Assembly: GCA_050949315.1 (NCBI GenBank)
Contig: JBMNFL010000001.1
Span: 288,001 to 352,000, forward strand
Source of the DNA: Bacilli bacterium
GTDB lineage: Bacteria > Bacillota_I > Bacilli_A > RFN20 > UBA1709
Direction: 5' to 3'
DNA length: 64,000 bases
The position numbers and the translations under genes were made by a program. A model generated the notes under the pieces. It saw nothing but the letters and a program-made list of their open reading frames with translations. It searched no databases and was not told the DNA's origin. This document shows positions 1 to 13,721 of this stretch, piece by piece; position 1 is the first letter of the stretch, and each line of letters begins with the position of its first letter.

Positions 1-288
1 TTATTAGAACCCATCATGGAAGTTAAAGTGGTGGGACCGAATGAATTTATCGGTGACATCATGGGTGATCTTAGTAAAAGACGGGGTATTATCATGGGAA
101 TTGATCCGGTTGGGGAGGAGCAGTATATCACCGCCGAGGTTCCTCAAAGTGAGCTACAGAGCTATATCATTGACCTAAAAACCATGACCCAAGCACAAGC
201 CACTTTTACCATGAAATTTATCCGCTATGATGAGGTTCCTTCAAACCTTGTTGATAAGATAATTCAAGAAGCTAAAGCTGAACAATAA
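1..288 (+). CDS. Elongation factor G-like protein, C-terminal domain V (5' truncated; likely EF-G2 paralog)
   Basis: Frame open from base 1 (LLEPIMEVKV..GDIMGDLSKRRG..AEVP..F.RYDEVP), the EF-G domain V signature; followed by a terminator rather than tuf. Confidence 0.85.
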   Translation, partial: LLEPIMEVKVVGPNEFIGDIMGDLSKRRGIIMGIDPVGEEQYITAEVPQSELQSYIIDLKTMTQAQATFTMKFIRYDEVPSNLVDKIIQEAKAEQ

Positions 289-290
289 TT

Positions 291-315
291 AAAGGCACCA
301 CAAGGTGCTTTTTTT
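291..315 (+). terminator. Rho-independent terminator
   Basis: GGCACC-ACAA-GGTGCT hairpin followed by a T run. Confidence 0.8.
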
Positions 316-329
316 GTTATAATTAAAAC

Positions 330-1001
330 ATGAAAACCAAATTTCTTTCCAAAGCTTTCTATCCTTTCGTCCTTATTGAGGGACTCTTCTTTCTCAATCT
401 TTTGTTGGATGCCATTTTTAACTATTTACCAGTTAATATTGATAATATTTTGCGTTACCTAAGTATTGTTTGCTGCTTTCTTTGGGCCTTATTTTTAATG
501 ATAAAAATTAAGGACACGAACAAACTGCCTTTACTTTTTTCCCTGTTTTTAGTTCTTATTGCCGATTATTTCTTGCTTTTTACTAATAATCCCATAGGTA
601 TCTATGCTTTTATTGCCGTTCAAATCACCTATCAATTTTTTATCAGTCGTTTTCGCTTAATGCTTCCAATGTTTGTTTTTGCGGCCCTTTTTAGTGGGAC
701 GTTTCATTTAATTTTTTATCTATTAGGCGAACTTTCAAACTTCAATTTAGCTCAGCTTGTTCCAGCGAGTTTTTATTATGGCTGTAGTATATTCAATATT
801 TTCTCAGCCTGGCTTGTTTTTAAGAAAAAAGCTCTTTTTAAAGCCAACTTTTTAGTTTTTCTTTCTATAATTCTCTTATTACTCTGTGATACTTGCATCG
901 GCTTGAGCAATATTTCAACTTTAAGTGTTTTCATCTCTTTAATTTGGCTCTTCTATCTACCTTCACAGGTCTTAATCGTCACTTATCTATATAAAACTTA
1001 A
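330..1001 (+). CDS. Polytopic membrane protein, YhhN/lysoplasmalogenase-like
   Basis: Multiple TM segments; ADYFLL, LCDTCIGL and IWLFYLPSQVLI motifs. Confidence 0.55.
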   Translation: MKTKFLSKAFYPFVLIEGLFFLNLLLDAIFNYLPVNIDNILRYLSIVCCFLWALFLMIKIKDTNKLPLLFSLFLVLIADYFLLFTNNPIGIYAFIAVQITYQFFISRFRLMLPMFVFAALFSGTFHLIFYLLGELSNFNLAQLVPASFYYGCSIFNIFSAWLVFKKKALFKANFLVFLSIILLLLCDTCIGLSNISTLSVFISLIWLFYLPSQVLIVTYLYKT

Positions 1002-1085
1002 GCTTAGAAACTTAAGATTAAAGTATTCAAAAGACCTGAAAAAAGGTATAATGTTAAAGATGATGGATTGAGGCGAGTAAAGAAG

Positions 1086-1607
1086 ATGACAAAGGAAGCT
1101 AAATGGCTGAGTATCTGCAGTTTTAAACATGATGGCAGCGTTCATCGCTTTTGGAATAGAGCCTTGCTACTTTGTGAAGACGAGGAGCTTTTAATCGTGG
1201 GTAACGATGATGCTACTGTTTATGAAAATGATGGTCGCCTCTGGCAAGTAAGAGAGCCCGCCATTACGATTTTTTATAAAAAGCAGTGGTACAACGTCAT
1301 CTGCATGTTAAGAGAAAACGGCATTCATTATTATTGCAACATCGCTTCTCCTAGCATCATAAAAGACAACAGTATCATCTACATCGATTACGATTTAGAT
1401 CTCGGCATTAAAAAAGGCCAAAACTTAAAGATTTTAGATGAGGTTGAATATCAGCGTCACCGCTTAGAAATGAAATATACGGCCGTGCTTGACTATAAAT
1501 TAAAAGAGGCCTTATTTACCTTAATAAAGAGGTATGATCAGCAGGAATTTCCTTTCATTGATGAGAAGATTTTTGCTTATTATCAAGAGTTTTTAAAAAG
1601 AAAGTAA
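1086..1607 (+). CDS. DUF402 family nucleoside tri/diphosphate phosphatase (YgaC-like)
   Basis: KHDGSVHRFW, REPAI, YYCNIASP and YIDYDLD motifs. Confidence 0.85.
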   Translation: MTKEAKWLSICSFKHDGSVHRFWNRALLLCEDEELLIVGNDDATVYENDGRLWQVREPAITIFYKKQWYNVICMLRENGIHYYCNIASPSIIKDNSIIYIDYDLDLGIKKGQNLKILDEVEYQRHRLEMKYTAVLDYKLKEALFTLIKRYDQQEFPFIDEKIFAYYQEFLKRK

Positions 1608-1619
1608 AGGGAGTTAAAA

Positions 1620-2078
1620 GTGACTTATAAAATTCAAGTAAAAAGTGAAAAAGAAAGCACGGCTTTAGCCTTAAAACTTGCCAAAAACTTAAAAGCGGGT
1701 GATGTCATCTTGCTAGAGGGTGATTTAGGCAGTGGCAAAACCTTTTTCGCTAAGGGTGTTGGGTTAGGCTTAATGGTCAATGAGACCGTTATCAGTCCCA
1801 CCTTTAATATTGTCCGCTGTTACTTTAAAGGACGTCTCCCTCTTTACCATATTGATGCCTATCGTTTAGAAGATTGCCAGCAAGATATCGGCCTTGAGGA
1901 ATATTTAGAAGGCGATGGCGTGAGTCTTGTTGAATGGCCCGAATACATTCAAGAGTTTTGGCCAGATGAGTATCTCAAGATTAGCATTGAAATTAGTGGC
2001 AAACAAAGCCGTGATTATACTTTTTTAGCGAAGGGAAGGCGCTACGAAGGCTTGTTAAAGGTGATAAAAAATGGCTAA
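1620..2078 (+). CDS. tsaE: t6A biosynthesis ATPase TsaE
   Basis: GDLGSGKT Walker A, SPTFNI, HIDAYRL and VEWP motifs. Confidence 0.95.
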   Translation: MTYKIQVKSEKESTALALKLAKNLKAGDVILLEGDLGSGKTFFAKGVGLGLMVNETVISPTFNIVRCYFKGRLPLYHIDAYRLEDCQQDIGLEEYLEGDGVSLVEWPEYIQEFWPDEYLKISIEISGKQSRDYTFLAKGRRYEGLLKVIKNG

Positions 2079-2664
2079 ACAATTAATTTTAGATACTAGC
2101 GCCAAATACCTAGTTGTCGCCCTAGCCGAAAATGACAAAATCATTGATAAAATCCAGTATATTGCTTGGCAAAGACAATCAGAATTTACGGCCTTAGAAA
2201 TTCAAAATATCCTCAAAAGAAACCAAACGACCATGCGGGAAATAAAGCGGATTATTGTCAGTAATGGTCCCGGTTCTTATACTGGGGTTCGCATAGCATT
2301 AACACTGGCCAAATTCTTCGCCATCAGCTTAAATATTCCGCTCTGTGTCCTTTCATCTTTACAAGCAATGTGTGGTGTTAAAACTAAACAAATTGCCCTT
2401 TTAGATGCTCGTAGTAAGCGCGCTTATGTCGGACTTTACGATAAAGGAATTAAACTGCGTGATGACTTTGTTTGTGGGCTTGATGAACTAGAGAGTTTGC
2501 TTAAAAAACACCCCGATTTTGAGGTTGTTGGCGATCGTTTTTTAGTGGGACTTCCTGAACAAGAAATTGATTTCCCCAAACAGATGCTAGCGCTTAGCAA
2601 ACTCGTTGAGGACCATCCAGATGTCGATGCCTTAGTGCCCGTTTATCTTAAGGAGATTTTATGA
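2071..2664 (+). CDS. tsaB: t6A biosynthesis protein TsaB
   Basis: LDTS and GPGSYTGVRI motifs; operon position. Confidence 0.93.
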   Translation: MAKQLILDTSAKYLVVALAENDKIIDKIQYIAWQRQSEFTALEIQNILKRNQTTMREIKRIIVSNGPGSYTGVRIALTLAKFFAISLNIPLCVLSSLQAMCGVKTKQIALLDARSKRAYVGLYDKGIKLRDDFVCGLDELESLLKKHPDFEVVGDRFLVGLPEQEIDFPKQMLALSKLVEDHPDVDALVPVYLKEIL

Positions 2665-3134
2665 TTATTCGTTTGATGCAAAAAGAAGATTTACCCCTGA
2701 TTTTAGAGGCTGAACAAAGGCTTTATCTAAATCCTTGGAACAAAGAGGCTTATTTACAAGAACTCGAACAGAATAAGTTCGCCTATCTTTTTGTTCTCTG
2801 TGAAGAAGGTAAAATCGCGGGCTACTACGGATTTTGGTTAGTTGATGATTATGCCACGGTAACTAAAATTGGTGTTTTGCCGGAATTTCAAGGACATGGG
2901 CTGGCTAAAATTCTTGTTCAGGATTTGCTTTCTCGCTGTCAAAAAGCCGAGGTTAGCAGTATTGATCTAGAGGTAAGAGAAAGCAATAGTAAAGCCATCG
3001 CTCTTTATCAAGAATTTAATTTTAAAGCCGTTCATATTCGTAAAAATTACTATCCCGATGGTGAAAACGCCATCTTGATGCTAAAAAAACTAAAGGAAGA
3101 AGATAGTTATGAAAGAATACATCTTGGGAATTGA
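2661..3134 (+). CDS. rimI: Ribosomal protein N-acetyltransferase RimI
   Basis: GNAT QGHGLA, LEVRESN..AI.LY and RKNYY..GENA motifs. Confidence 0.9.
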   Translation: MIIRLMQKEDLPLILEAEQRLYLNPWNKEAYLQELEQNKFAYLFVLCEEGKIAGYYGFWLVDDYATVTKIGVLPEFQGHGLAKILVQDLLSRCQKAEVSSIDLEVRESNSKAIALYQEFNFKAVHIRKNYYPDGENAILMLKKLKEEDSYERIHLGN

Positions 3135-4140
3135 AAGCAGTTGTGATGAAACAAGTGTCGCTATCTGTGACCTAGAAGGAAAACTTTATGCCAATATTGT
3201 TTCAAGTCAAATAGCTACCCATAGTAAATATGGTGGGGTGATGCCGGAAATGGCCTCACGTTTACATATTGAAAAGATAAATTATGTTCTTAAAGCCGCC
3301 CTTTATGATGCCAAGCTTGATTTTAAAGACTTGGCGGCGGTGGCGGTTACTACTGGTCCTGGTCTTATTGGGGCCTTGCATGTAGGCTTACAGGCGGCTA
3401 AGGCTTTGTCGCTGGCCTTAGATATTCCCTTAATTCCCATCCACCATTTAGTTGCTCATATCTATGCTAGCAGTTATGAAAAAGAACTGCGTTTCCCTTG
3501 CCTTAGTTTAGTGGTTTCAGGCGGGCATACGGAACTAGTGTATATGCCTAAAGAATTTGCCTTTGAAATCCTTGGTAGCACCCAAGATGATGCCATTGGC
3601 GAAGCCTATGATAAGGTAGCAAGAATCTTAGGACTTGGTTATCCTGGCGGGCCAAAAATTGATCAGGCAGCAAAGCTAGGAAAAAGCACTTATAAACTGC
3701 CTAAACCACATACTGAAAATCCATATAATGTATCATACAGTGGTCTAAAAACCTATATAAACAACCTCGTGCATAATGCTAAACAAAAAGGGGAAGAAAT
3801 AAGAATAAATGATCTCTGTGCTTCCTTTCAAAAACGGGCGATTGATATGCTGGTTGAAAAGTTAATATTAGCCCTTAAAATCCGACCAGTTGAGCAGATT
3901 GTTATTGCGGGTGGTGTGGCGGCTAATTCCTACTTACGCGAGCAGGTTTTACTAGCGGTTAAAAAAGAATATCCTAATATAGAGGTTGTTCTGCCACCCC
4001 TTTGGTTTTGTGGTGATAATGCCGCGATGGTGGCTAAACTTGGTGGCCGGCTGTATAAAAGGCAGTTTTTTGCCGACTTAAGCTTGGGTGTTTTTCCATC
4101 TTGGTCTATTTTAGATTATGGTGTCTTGAAAGATGAGTAA
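3109..4140 (+). CDS. tsaD: tRNA threonylcarbamoyltransferase TsaD
   Basis: GIESSCDET, HHLVAH, VSGGHT, DDAIGEAYDK and DNAAM motifs. Confidence 0.97.
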   Translation: MKEYILGIESSCDETSVAICDLEGKLYANIVSSQIATHSKYGGVMPEMASRLHIEKINYVLKAALYDAKLDFKDLAAVAVTTGPGLIGALHVGLQAAKALSLALDIPLIPIHHLVAHIYASSYEKELRFPCLSLVVSGGHTELVYMPKEFAFEILGSTQDDAIGEAYDKVARILGLGYPGGPKIDQAAKLGKSTYKLPKPHTENPYNVSYSGLKTYINNLVHNAKQKGEEIRINDLCASFQKRAIDMLVEKLILALKIRPVEQIVIAGGVAANSYLREQVLLAVKKEYPNIEVVLPPLWFCGDNAAMVAKLGGRLYKRQFFADLSLGVFPSWSILDYGVLKDE

Positions 4141-4642
4141 ACTATCGGCGCGGGCGCTTATTAAGATTGCTACCGTTAGCGCCATTTATATTGCCTTAAC
4201 ACTCGTGCTCGGTGATTTTTCCTACGGGGCCATTCAATTTAGAATCTCTGAAATCCTACTGTTGCTTTGTTTTTATGAGAAAAAATATGCTTATTCACTA
4301 GTGCTAGGCTGTGCGATTGCTAATTGTTTTAGTAGCCTTGGTCTTATTGATGTTTTGGTTGGTACTTTGGCCACCTTATTAACGGTCATTTTTATCACTC
4401 GCTCAAAAAATCTATTGGTAGCAAGTCTTTGGGGTCCTATTTTTAACCTCATCATAGGCCTAGAACTGCATTTTGTTTTGCAATTACCGCTTTTTATTAC
4501 CTTATTACAGGTGTTCATCGGGGAAGCAGTTGTGTTATTATTAATAGGACTACCACTATTTACGTTTTTAGAAAAAAATCAGAATTTTATCAATCTGATT
4601 ATGATAAGTGAAGAAAGGAAGGATGAAGATGCTGGAATTTGA
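4133..4642 (+). CDS. queT: QueT family queuosine-precursor ECF S component
   Basis: SYGAIQFRISE and LGCAIAN..S.LG..D motifs; hydrophobic. Confidence 0.85.
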   Translation: MSKLSARALIKIATVSAIYIALTLVLGDFSYGAIQFRISEILLLLCFYEKKYAYSLVLGCAIANCFSSLGLIDVLVGTLATLLTVIFITRSKNLLVASLWGPIFNLIIGLELHFVLQLPLFITLLQVFIGEAVVLLLIGLPLFTFLEKNQNFINLIMISEERKDEDAGI

Positions 4643-5369
4643 TCCTAGTAAAAGTATGGAAGAAAACGCTAAGGAAGCAGAAAAAGCCCCGAAATATACC
4701 AATAAATATTATCAGGCCTTTTTAGAAGATCGCGTTGTAAAAATTGAAGATGTGGATTTTACTTCGCTACCTTTTGAGGAGCGCTACTGGCTATTAGGAG
4801 CGCTGGTTAATAATTATTATCTTACTAATAATCGTTTCTTAGCCTATCTGTGTTTAGCGCGTTTTAAAGAATTGGCCTTTGTCTGTTTTGCCATCAATCG
4901 GGTTCATCAGTGTGGCTTTTTAGATGAAAAATATAAGGATTATGTTGTACCTTTGAATTTTCCCCTTTCTGATCAAAAATTTCTGACTATTGACCAACAT
5001 TTGAGTCAAAACACTCAAAAAAGGAACAAGATTTATAATATTTTAACGACCTTTTCGATGTTAGTAGGTTTAGCCCTTATTTTTATGCTTCATAGTTTAG
5101 CTAAGCTTGATATCATCATCGCCATTTTAATCGGTGTCGGTAGCTCCTTAGTCTTCAGTTATGTGATTTTACCGCTCATCGCTCGTTACCGGGCAAGGCA
5201 TGCTAAAAAAGAAGTCTTGAGTGGGGAAGTGCCTGAAAGAATCAAAGAACTCATCGCCTATGATGCGCGCGCCAATGATGTATTAAAGGAAGAGGATTAT
5301 AAGCCTATTATCACCGCCCGCAACGAAGCCCAACTCAATACGGCTATTCGCAACTTTCCCAAAAAATAA
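4629..5369 (+). CDS. Hypothetical protein with two TM helices
   Basis: Long ORF with SD (AGGAAGGA); hydrophobic hairpin in the C-terminal half. Confidence 0.7.
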   Translation: MLEFDPSKSMEENAKEAEKAPKYTNKYYQAFLEDRVVKIEDVDFTSLPFEERYWLLGALVNNYYLTNNRFLAYLCLARFKELAFVCFAINRVHQCGFLDEKYKDYVVPLNFPLSDQKFLTIDQHLSQNTQKRNKIYNILTTFSMLVGLALIFMLHSLAKLDIIIAILIGVGSSLVFSYVILPLIARYRARHAKKEVLSGEVPERIKELIAYDARANDVLKEEDYKPIITARNEAQLNTAIRNFPKK

Positions 5370-5370
5370 G

Positions 5371-5399
5371 TTGTCTAAACAACTTCTCTACCTTATAAT
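5371..5399 (+). promoter_or_regulatory. Sigma-A promoter of the asnS leader
   Basis: TTGTCT-17 bp-TATAAT. Confidence 0.7.
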
Positions 5400-5407
5400 C
5401 TAAATAG

Positions 5408-5612
5408 TCGCGATGAAAAAAGCCGAATTGTTAAGCGAAGACCAGCGAATCTTGGTGGGTGTGAGCAAGATCTTCAACAGCAAGGAGAACACTTTTGGAG
5501 CGAAACGTAAATCTGCGTTAAAGATAAAAATGAGAGCGCAAAGAGGCGAAATAGGATGGCACCGCGGTAATTCGTTCCTATGTATCCTCTTTTTTCTGTT
5601 TTTATGGGGGTG
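5408..5612 (+). ncRNA. T-box riboswitch (Asn specifier AAC)
   Basis: T-box ATAGGATGGCACCGCG at 5551-5566 with antiterminator partner CGTTCCTAT; AAC at 5488-5490; upstream of asnS. Confidence 0.9.
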
Positions 5613-5617
5613 ACTTT

Positions 5618-7012
5618 ATGTTAGAATTTAGAACCAATCGTGAGCTATTTGAAATCTGTCAAATCGGCTCCCAACTGGAAAAAGATGCCTTGGATTTAGT
5701 GGAGTTAGATGGTTGGGTAAGAACCAACCGCAATAGTGGAACTATTGGCTTCATCGAATTCAATGACGGCACCTATTTTAAGAATGTGCAAATTGTTTAT
5801 GATAAGAGTTTAGAAAACTTTGAAGAAGTGGCCAAATGGGGTACTGGCAGTGCCATAAATGTCGTGGGTAAGTTTAATTTTACTCCCACCTTAAAACAAC
5901 CCTTTGAGATCAAGGCGAGCAAACTCAGCCTAGTTGGTGGGGTAGATGAGGATTATCCATTGCAGAAAAAACGCCACAGTTTTGAGTTTTTAAGAGAAAT
6001 CGCCCATCTAAGGCCGAGAACTAACACCTTTGGTGCGGTTTTTCGGGTCCGTTCGGTTTTATCAATGGCCATTCACGAATTCTTCCAAAGTCAGGGCTTT
6101 ATCTATGTTCATACTCCCATTATTACCTCTAACGATGCCGAGGGGGCGGGTGAAGAGTTTACTGTTACCACCCGTCACGATGATCAATACGAGAAAGATT
6201 TCTTTGGTAAAAAAGCCGCTTTAACGGTTTCTGGTCAATTAAACGCTGAGGCTTTTGCCCTTGCTTTCCGCGATGTTTACACTTTTGGTCCCACCTTTAG
6301 GGCCGAAAACTCTAATACCGTGCGCCATGCCTCCGAATTCTGGATGGTGGAGCCAGAAATCGCCTTTGCCGACTTAGATGATGATATGGATTTAATTGAA
6401 GATTGCCTGAAGTATTGCATCTCTTATGTTTTAGAAAACTGTCCACTTGAGATGGAATTCTTCAATAAGATGATCGATAAAGATTTGCTTACAAGACTTG
6501 ACAACATTCTTAAAACGCCCTTCCAAAAACTGACTTATACCGAAGGGATTGAGATTTTAAAAAAGGCTGTAAAAGACGGTTATAAATTCGAAGTCACCGA
6601 GATTAAATGGGGCATGGATCTACAGTCAGAACACGAAAGATATCTCTGCGAAGTATATGCCAATGGTCCCCTTTTCCTAATTGATTATCCCAAAGATATT
6701 AAGGCCTTTTATATGCGTTTAAACGATGATGGGAAAACCGTAGCGGCCTGCGACTTATTAGTCCCGCGAATTGGCGAGATTTTAGGTGGTAGCCAGCGTG
6801 AAGATCGCTATGATTACCTAGTTAAACGCATGCAAGAGTTAGATATGCATACTGAAGATTTAAAATGGTATGCTGACTTAAGGCGCTATGGTGGCGTTCC
6901 TCATGCCGGCTTTGGTATTGGATTTGAAAGATTTTTAATGTATATAACTGGGATGCAAAACATAAGGGATGTCCTTCCTTACCCAAGGACGCCCAATAAT
7001 TTAGATTTTTAG
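5618..7012 (+). CDS. asnS: Asparagine--tRNA ligase
   Basis: [27 protein letters not shown] and GFGIGFER motifs. Confidence 0.97.
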   Translation: MLEFRTNRELFEICQIGSQLEKDALDLVELDGWVRTNRNSGTIGFIEFNDGTYFKNVQIVYDKSLENFEEVAKWGTGSAINVVGKFNFTPTLKQPFEIKASKLSLVGGVDEDYPLQKKRHSFEFLREIAHLRPRTNTFGAVFRVRSVLSMAIHEFFQSQGFIYVHTPIITSNDAEGAGEEFTVTTRHDDQYEKDFFGKKAALTVSGQLNAEAFALAFRDVYTFGPTFRAENSNTVRHASEFWMVEPEIAFADLDDDMDLIEDCLKYCISYVLENCPLEMEFFNKMIDKDLLTRLDNILKTPFQKLTYTEGIEILKKAVKDGYKFEVTEIKWGMDLQSEHERYLCEVYANGPLFLIDYPKDIKAFYMRLNDDGKTVAACDLLVPRIGEILGGSQREDRYDYLVKRMQELDMHTEDLKWYADLRRYGGVPHAGFGIGFERFLMYITGMQNIRDVLPYPRTPNNLDF

Positions 7013-7019
7013 GAGTGAT

Positions 7020-7151
7020 ATGATGCTTGATCCCAAAATCGCTAAAAAACTCGAAGCTAAACACAAACGCGTGGTTATTATAGTTTTGATTGTTAATTTC
7101 CTTCTTGTTGTCTATCTAATTTTAATGCTTATTCGGAGTTTTTTAACTTAA
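7020..7151 (+). CDS. Small 43-aa single-TM membrane protein (not in ORF track)
   Basis: AGGAG SD at 7011-7015; MMLDPKIAKKLEAKHKRVVIIVLIVNFLLVVYLILMLIRSFLT*; TAATG overlap with the next gene. Confidence 0.65.
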   Translation: MMLDPKIAKKLEAKHKRVVIIVLIVNFLLVVYLILMLIRSFLT

Positions 7152-7780
7152 TGCGTGAAGTAAAAACCATCGTGATTTTCGATACCGAATTCGTTTCTTC
7201 AAAAGCTGGCAGTCAGCCTTTAGAAATCGCCATGGATGCCTATGAACTACAAGAAAAAAAGCTAATAAAATTTAGCTCTTTTTCGGTTTATATTACCTTA
7301 AGAGAGGGCCTTCATCTCAATCGTTACATTCGAAAATACACTGGCATCAATGAAAAAGTTTTAGAAAGAGAAGGGATCTATCCGAGTATGGCCAAACGCC
7401 AAACGATTGATTATTTTTTAAATTTTGATTTAGCCAGCACCCTTTTCTGTGGCTGGGCCATCGCCAATGATTTAAGTATGTTTGATCTACTTTTCAATGC
7501 CCAAGATGAGCTCTTTGAAATCAATATGCTGCGTTGGTTTGATCTTGGCAAAGCCTATGCTAAACTCAATAACGTCGCTCATAATAATATTCCGGCTTTA
7601 AGACATGCCTGTGCCCAGTATGATTTGCCAAATTTTAATTTTCACAGTGCCGTTTCTGATGCTTCAGCAACCGCTTCTTTACTACAAGCCATGCTTGATC
7701 GCCACGGCCTAGATTGTCTTTACGCCTTTGATGAGGTTAAATATAAAAGGAAAAAATATTATAAAATGCGGGAAAGTTAA
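7151..7780 (+). CDS. DEDDh 3'-5' exonuclease (DnaQ/ERI-1/KapD-like)
   Basis: FDTEF (ExoI), NDL (ExoII) and FHSAVSDA (ExoIII). Confidence 0.85.
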   Translation: MREVKTIVIFDTEFVSSKAGSQPLEIAMDAYELQEKKLIKFSSFSVYITLREGLHLNRYIRKYTGINEKVLEREGIYPSMAKRQTIDYFLNFDLASTLFCGWAIANDLSMFDLLFNAQDELFEINMLRWFDLGKAYAKLNNVAHNNIPALRHACAQYDLPNFNFHSAVSDASATASLLQAMLDRHGLDCLYAFDEVKYKRKKYYKMRES

Positions 7781-7788
7781 GCTAAGGC

Positions 7789-8247
7789 TTAATTTTTTTT
7801 GCGAATTTCTTCAATTTTACTTAAGACTTCTTGGGGTTTCGCAAGACAGAGTAGGGTAAACTTTTTACCCTCTTTGCTCTTAACAATTAGATTATAAGAA
7901 CTGCAGTAGATTTTATCTAATTCACTATATTTTAAATTCAACCACTTTTTTTGACTTTGTGAGGCTTGAGCGTAGATGATGCGCTTATCGGTTAAATAAA
8001 AAAAGGAGCCCCGATAATCAAAAGCGCAGAGAATAGTAATCATAATTAAGAGCCCAGCCTGTAAGATAATTAAAGCTAGCAAGTTTTTTTCCGCTCCTTT
8101 GATAAAATACTGGGTAAATAAGAGCAGGAAAACCATAGTCAAAAAGACATTAACCCAGGTGTTGGTTAAGATACGCCAAAGTGAAAAAGGTTTACTATAA
8201 AGCACGACCTCATTTGCTTCAATGCTTACTTTACTTGCCTTATCCAT
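7789..8247 (-). CDS. Membrane protein with bacterial PH-like domain
   Basis: Two TM helices then FYLTDKRIIY, typical of bPH domains. Confidence 0.55.
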   Translation of the reverse strand: MDKASKVSIEANEVVLYSKPFSLWRILTNTWVNVFLTMVFLLLFTQYFIKGAEKNLLALIILQAGLLIMITILCAFDYRGSFFYLTDKRIIYAQASQSQKKWLNLKYSELDKIYCSSYNLIVKSKEGKKFTLLCLAKPQEVLSKIEEIRKKN

Positions 8248-9130
8248 GCTTTTTTCCTTTCGTTAAAGAAAGTGGCTCTGTTTTTTTACTAATTAAAAGG
8301 TAATAAGCAAAAATAATGACTGGTAAAAACATAATTATATAAGCAAGTATTTGCCGTTCATTTTCAAAAACCAATAATAACAAGGGTAAGGAAACCACTA
8401 AAAATGTTCCCGCTTGAATGGCTAATAATAGGATCAATTTATTACAGTTTTGGTAACCATAAATAGCGATAGGAATGGCATAGATTATAGCGGCTATCAT
8501 CGCTAGATAACGATAACTAGCATCCTTAAAGGGAATAAAGGCCAGGATTAAGGCTAGCGCTGCTAAAAAAGCAAGATAAAATCGCGGTTTTTTGGCAAAG
8601 GTAAAATCTTTGTTTTGCAGAACAAATCTAGCAAAAAGATAAAGGGCAACGGCTTCTAAAAAACAAACTATAAGACAGATTGTCGGTGCTAGATAATTAT
8701 TAGCACTTCTAGACATATTTAGTAAACGCATAAAGGCCCTATAAAAGAAGATGCCTTGGTTGGAAGCAATAATTCCCACCCCTAAACACAAAGCGGCAAA
8801 AGCAACACTTAATGAAGCGTAGATAAAATTGCCAACCCCTTCCTTTCTTTTTATAAGTAGGGAAGAAGTGATGGCTAAAGCAAGTGATGGAAACACGCTT
8901 ACTAAGGCCTTATCTAGATTGATTATCAAAGCGGGTACTAAGATTATGGCACTAGAGAGAACTAAAAGCCAATTGGGCATTTTATTTAGATAGGGTAAAG
9001 TGCAAAAGGGTAAGACAAGCAGTAAAACATACGCTAAAATCTCGACTTTTTGGAAATGAATCAATAAAAAAGCCGTTAGATAAGCTAGAGTAAAAACAAG
9101 TGATAAAAAAAGTGCTTTCGTAACTTTCAT
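8240..9130 (-). CDS. Hypothetical polytopic membrane protein
   Basis: 296 aa with many TM segments; SD GAGG upstream. Confidence 0.7.
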   Translation of the reverse strand: MKVTKALFLSLVFTLAYLTAFLLIHFQKVEILAYVLLLVLPFCTLPYLNKMPNWLLVLSSAIILVPALIINLDKALVSVFPSLALAITSSLLIKRKEGVGNFIYASLSVAFAALCLGVGIIASNQGIFFYRAFMRLLNMSRSANNYLAPTICLIVCFLEAVALYLFARFVLQNKDFTFAKKPRFYLAFLAALALILAFIPFKDASYRYLAMIAAIIYAIPIAIYGYQNCNKLILLLAIQAGTFLVVSLPLLLLVFENERQILAYIIMFLPVIIFAYYLLISKKTEPLSLTKGKKHG

Positions 9131-9261
9131 AGGCTACCTCATCGGGCTATATTCTAGCACACAAGTAAAAAGAGGACAAACAAAATAACAATTTTTATTG
9201 TTATTCCTATTTATTAAAAGGGCATTTTATGGTAAACTTTTAAGTGATGGGTGGTGAGAAA

Positions 9262-13712
<4,451 letters not shown>

Positions 13713-13721
13713 GGAAGAAAA

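Noticed and set aside
5413-5613. 66-aa ORF upstream of asnS
   Set aside because: It coincides with the T-box riboswitch and has no SD.
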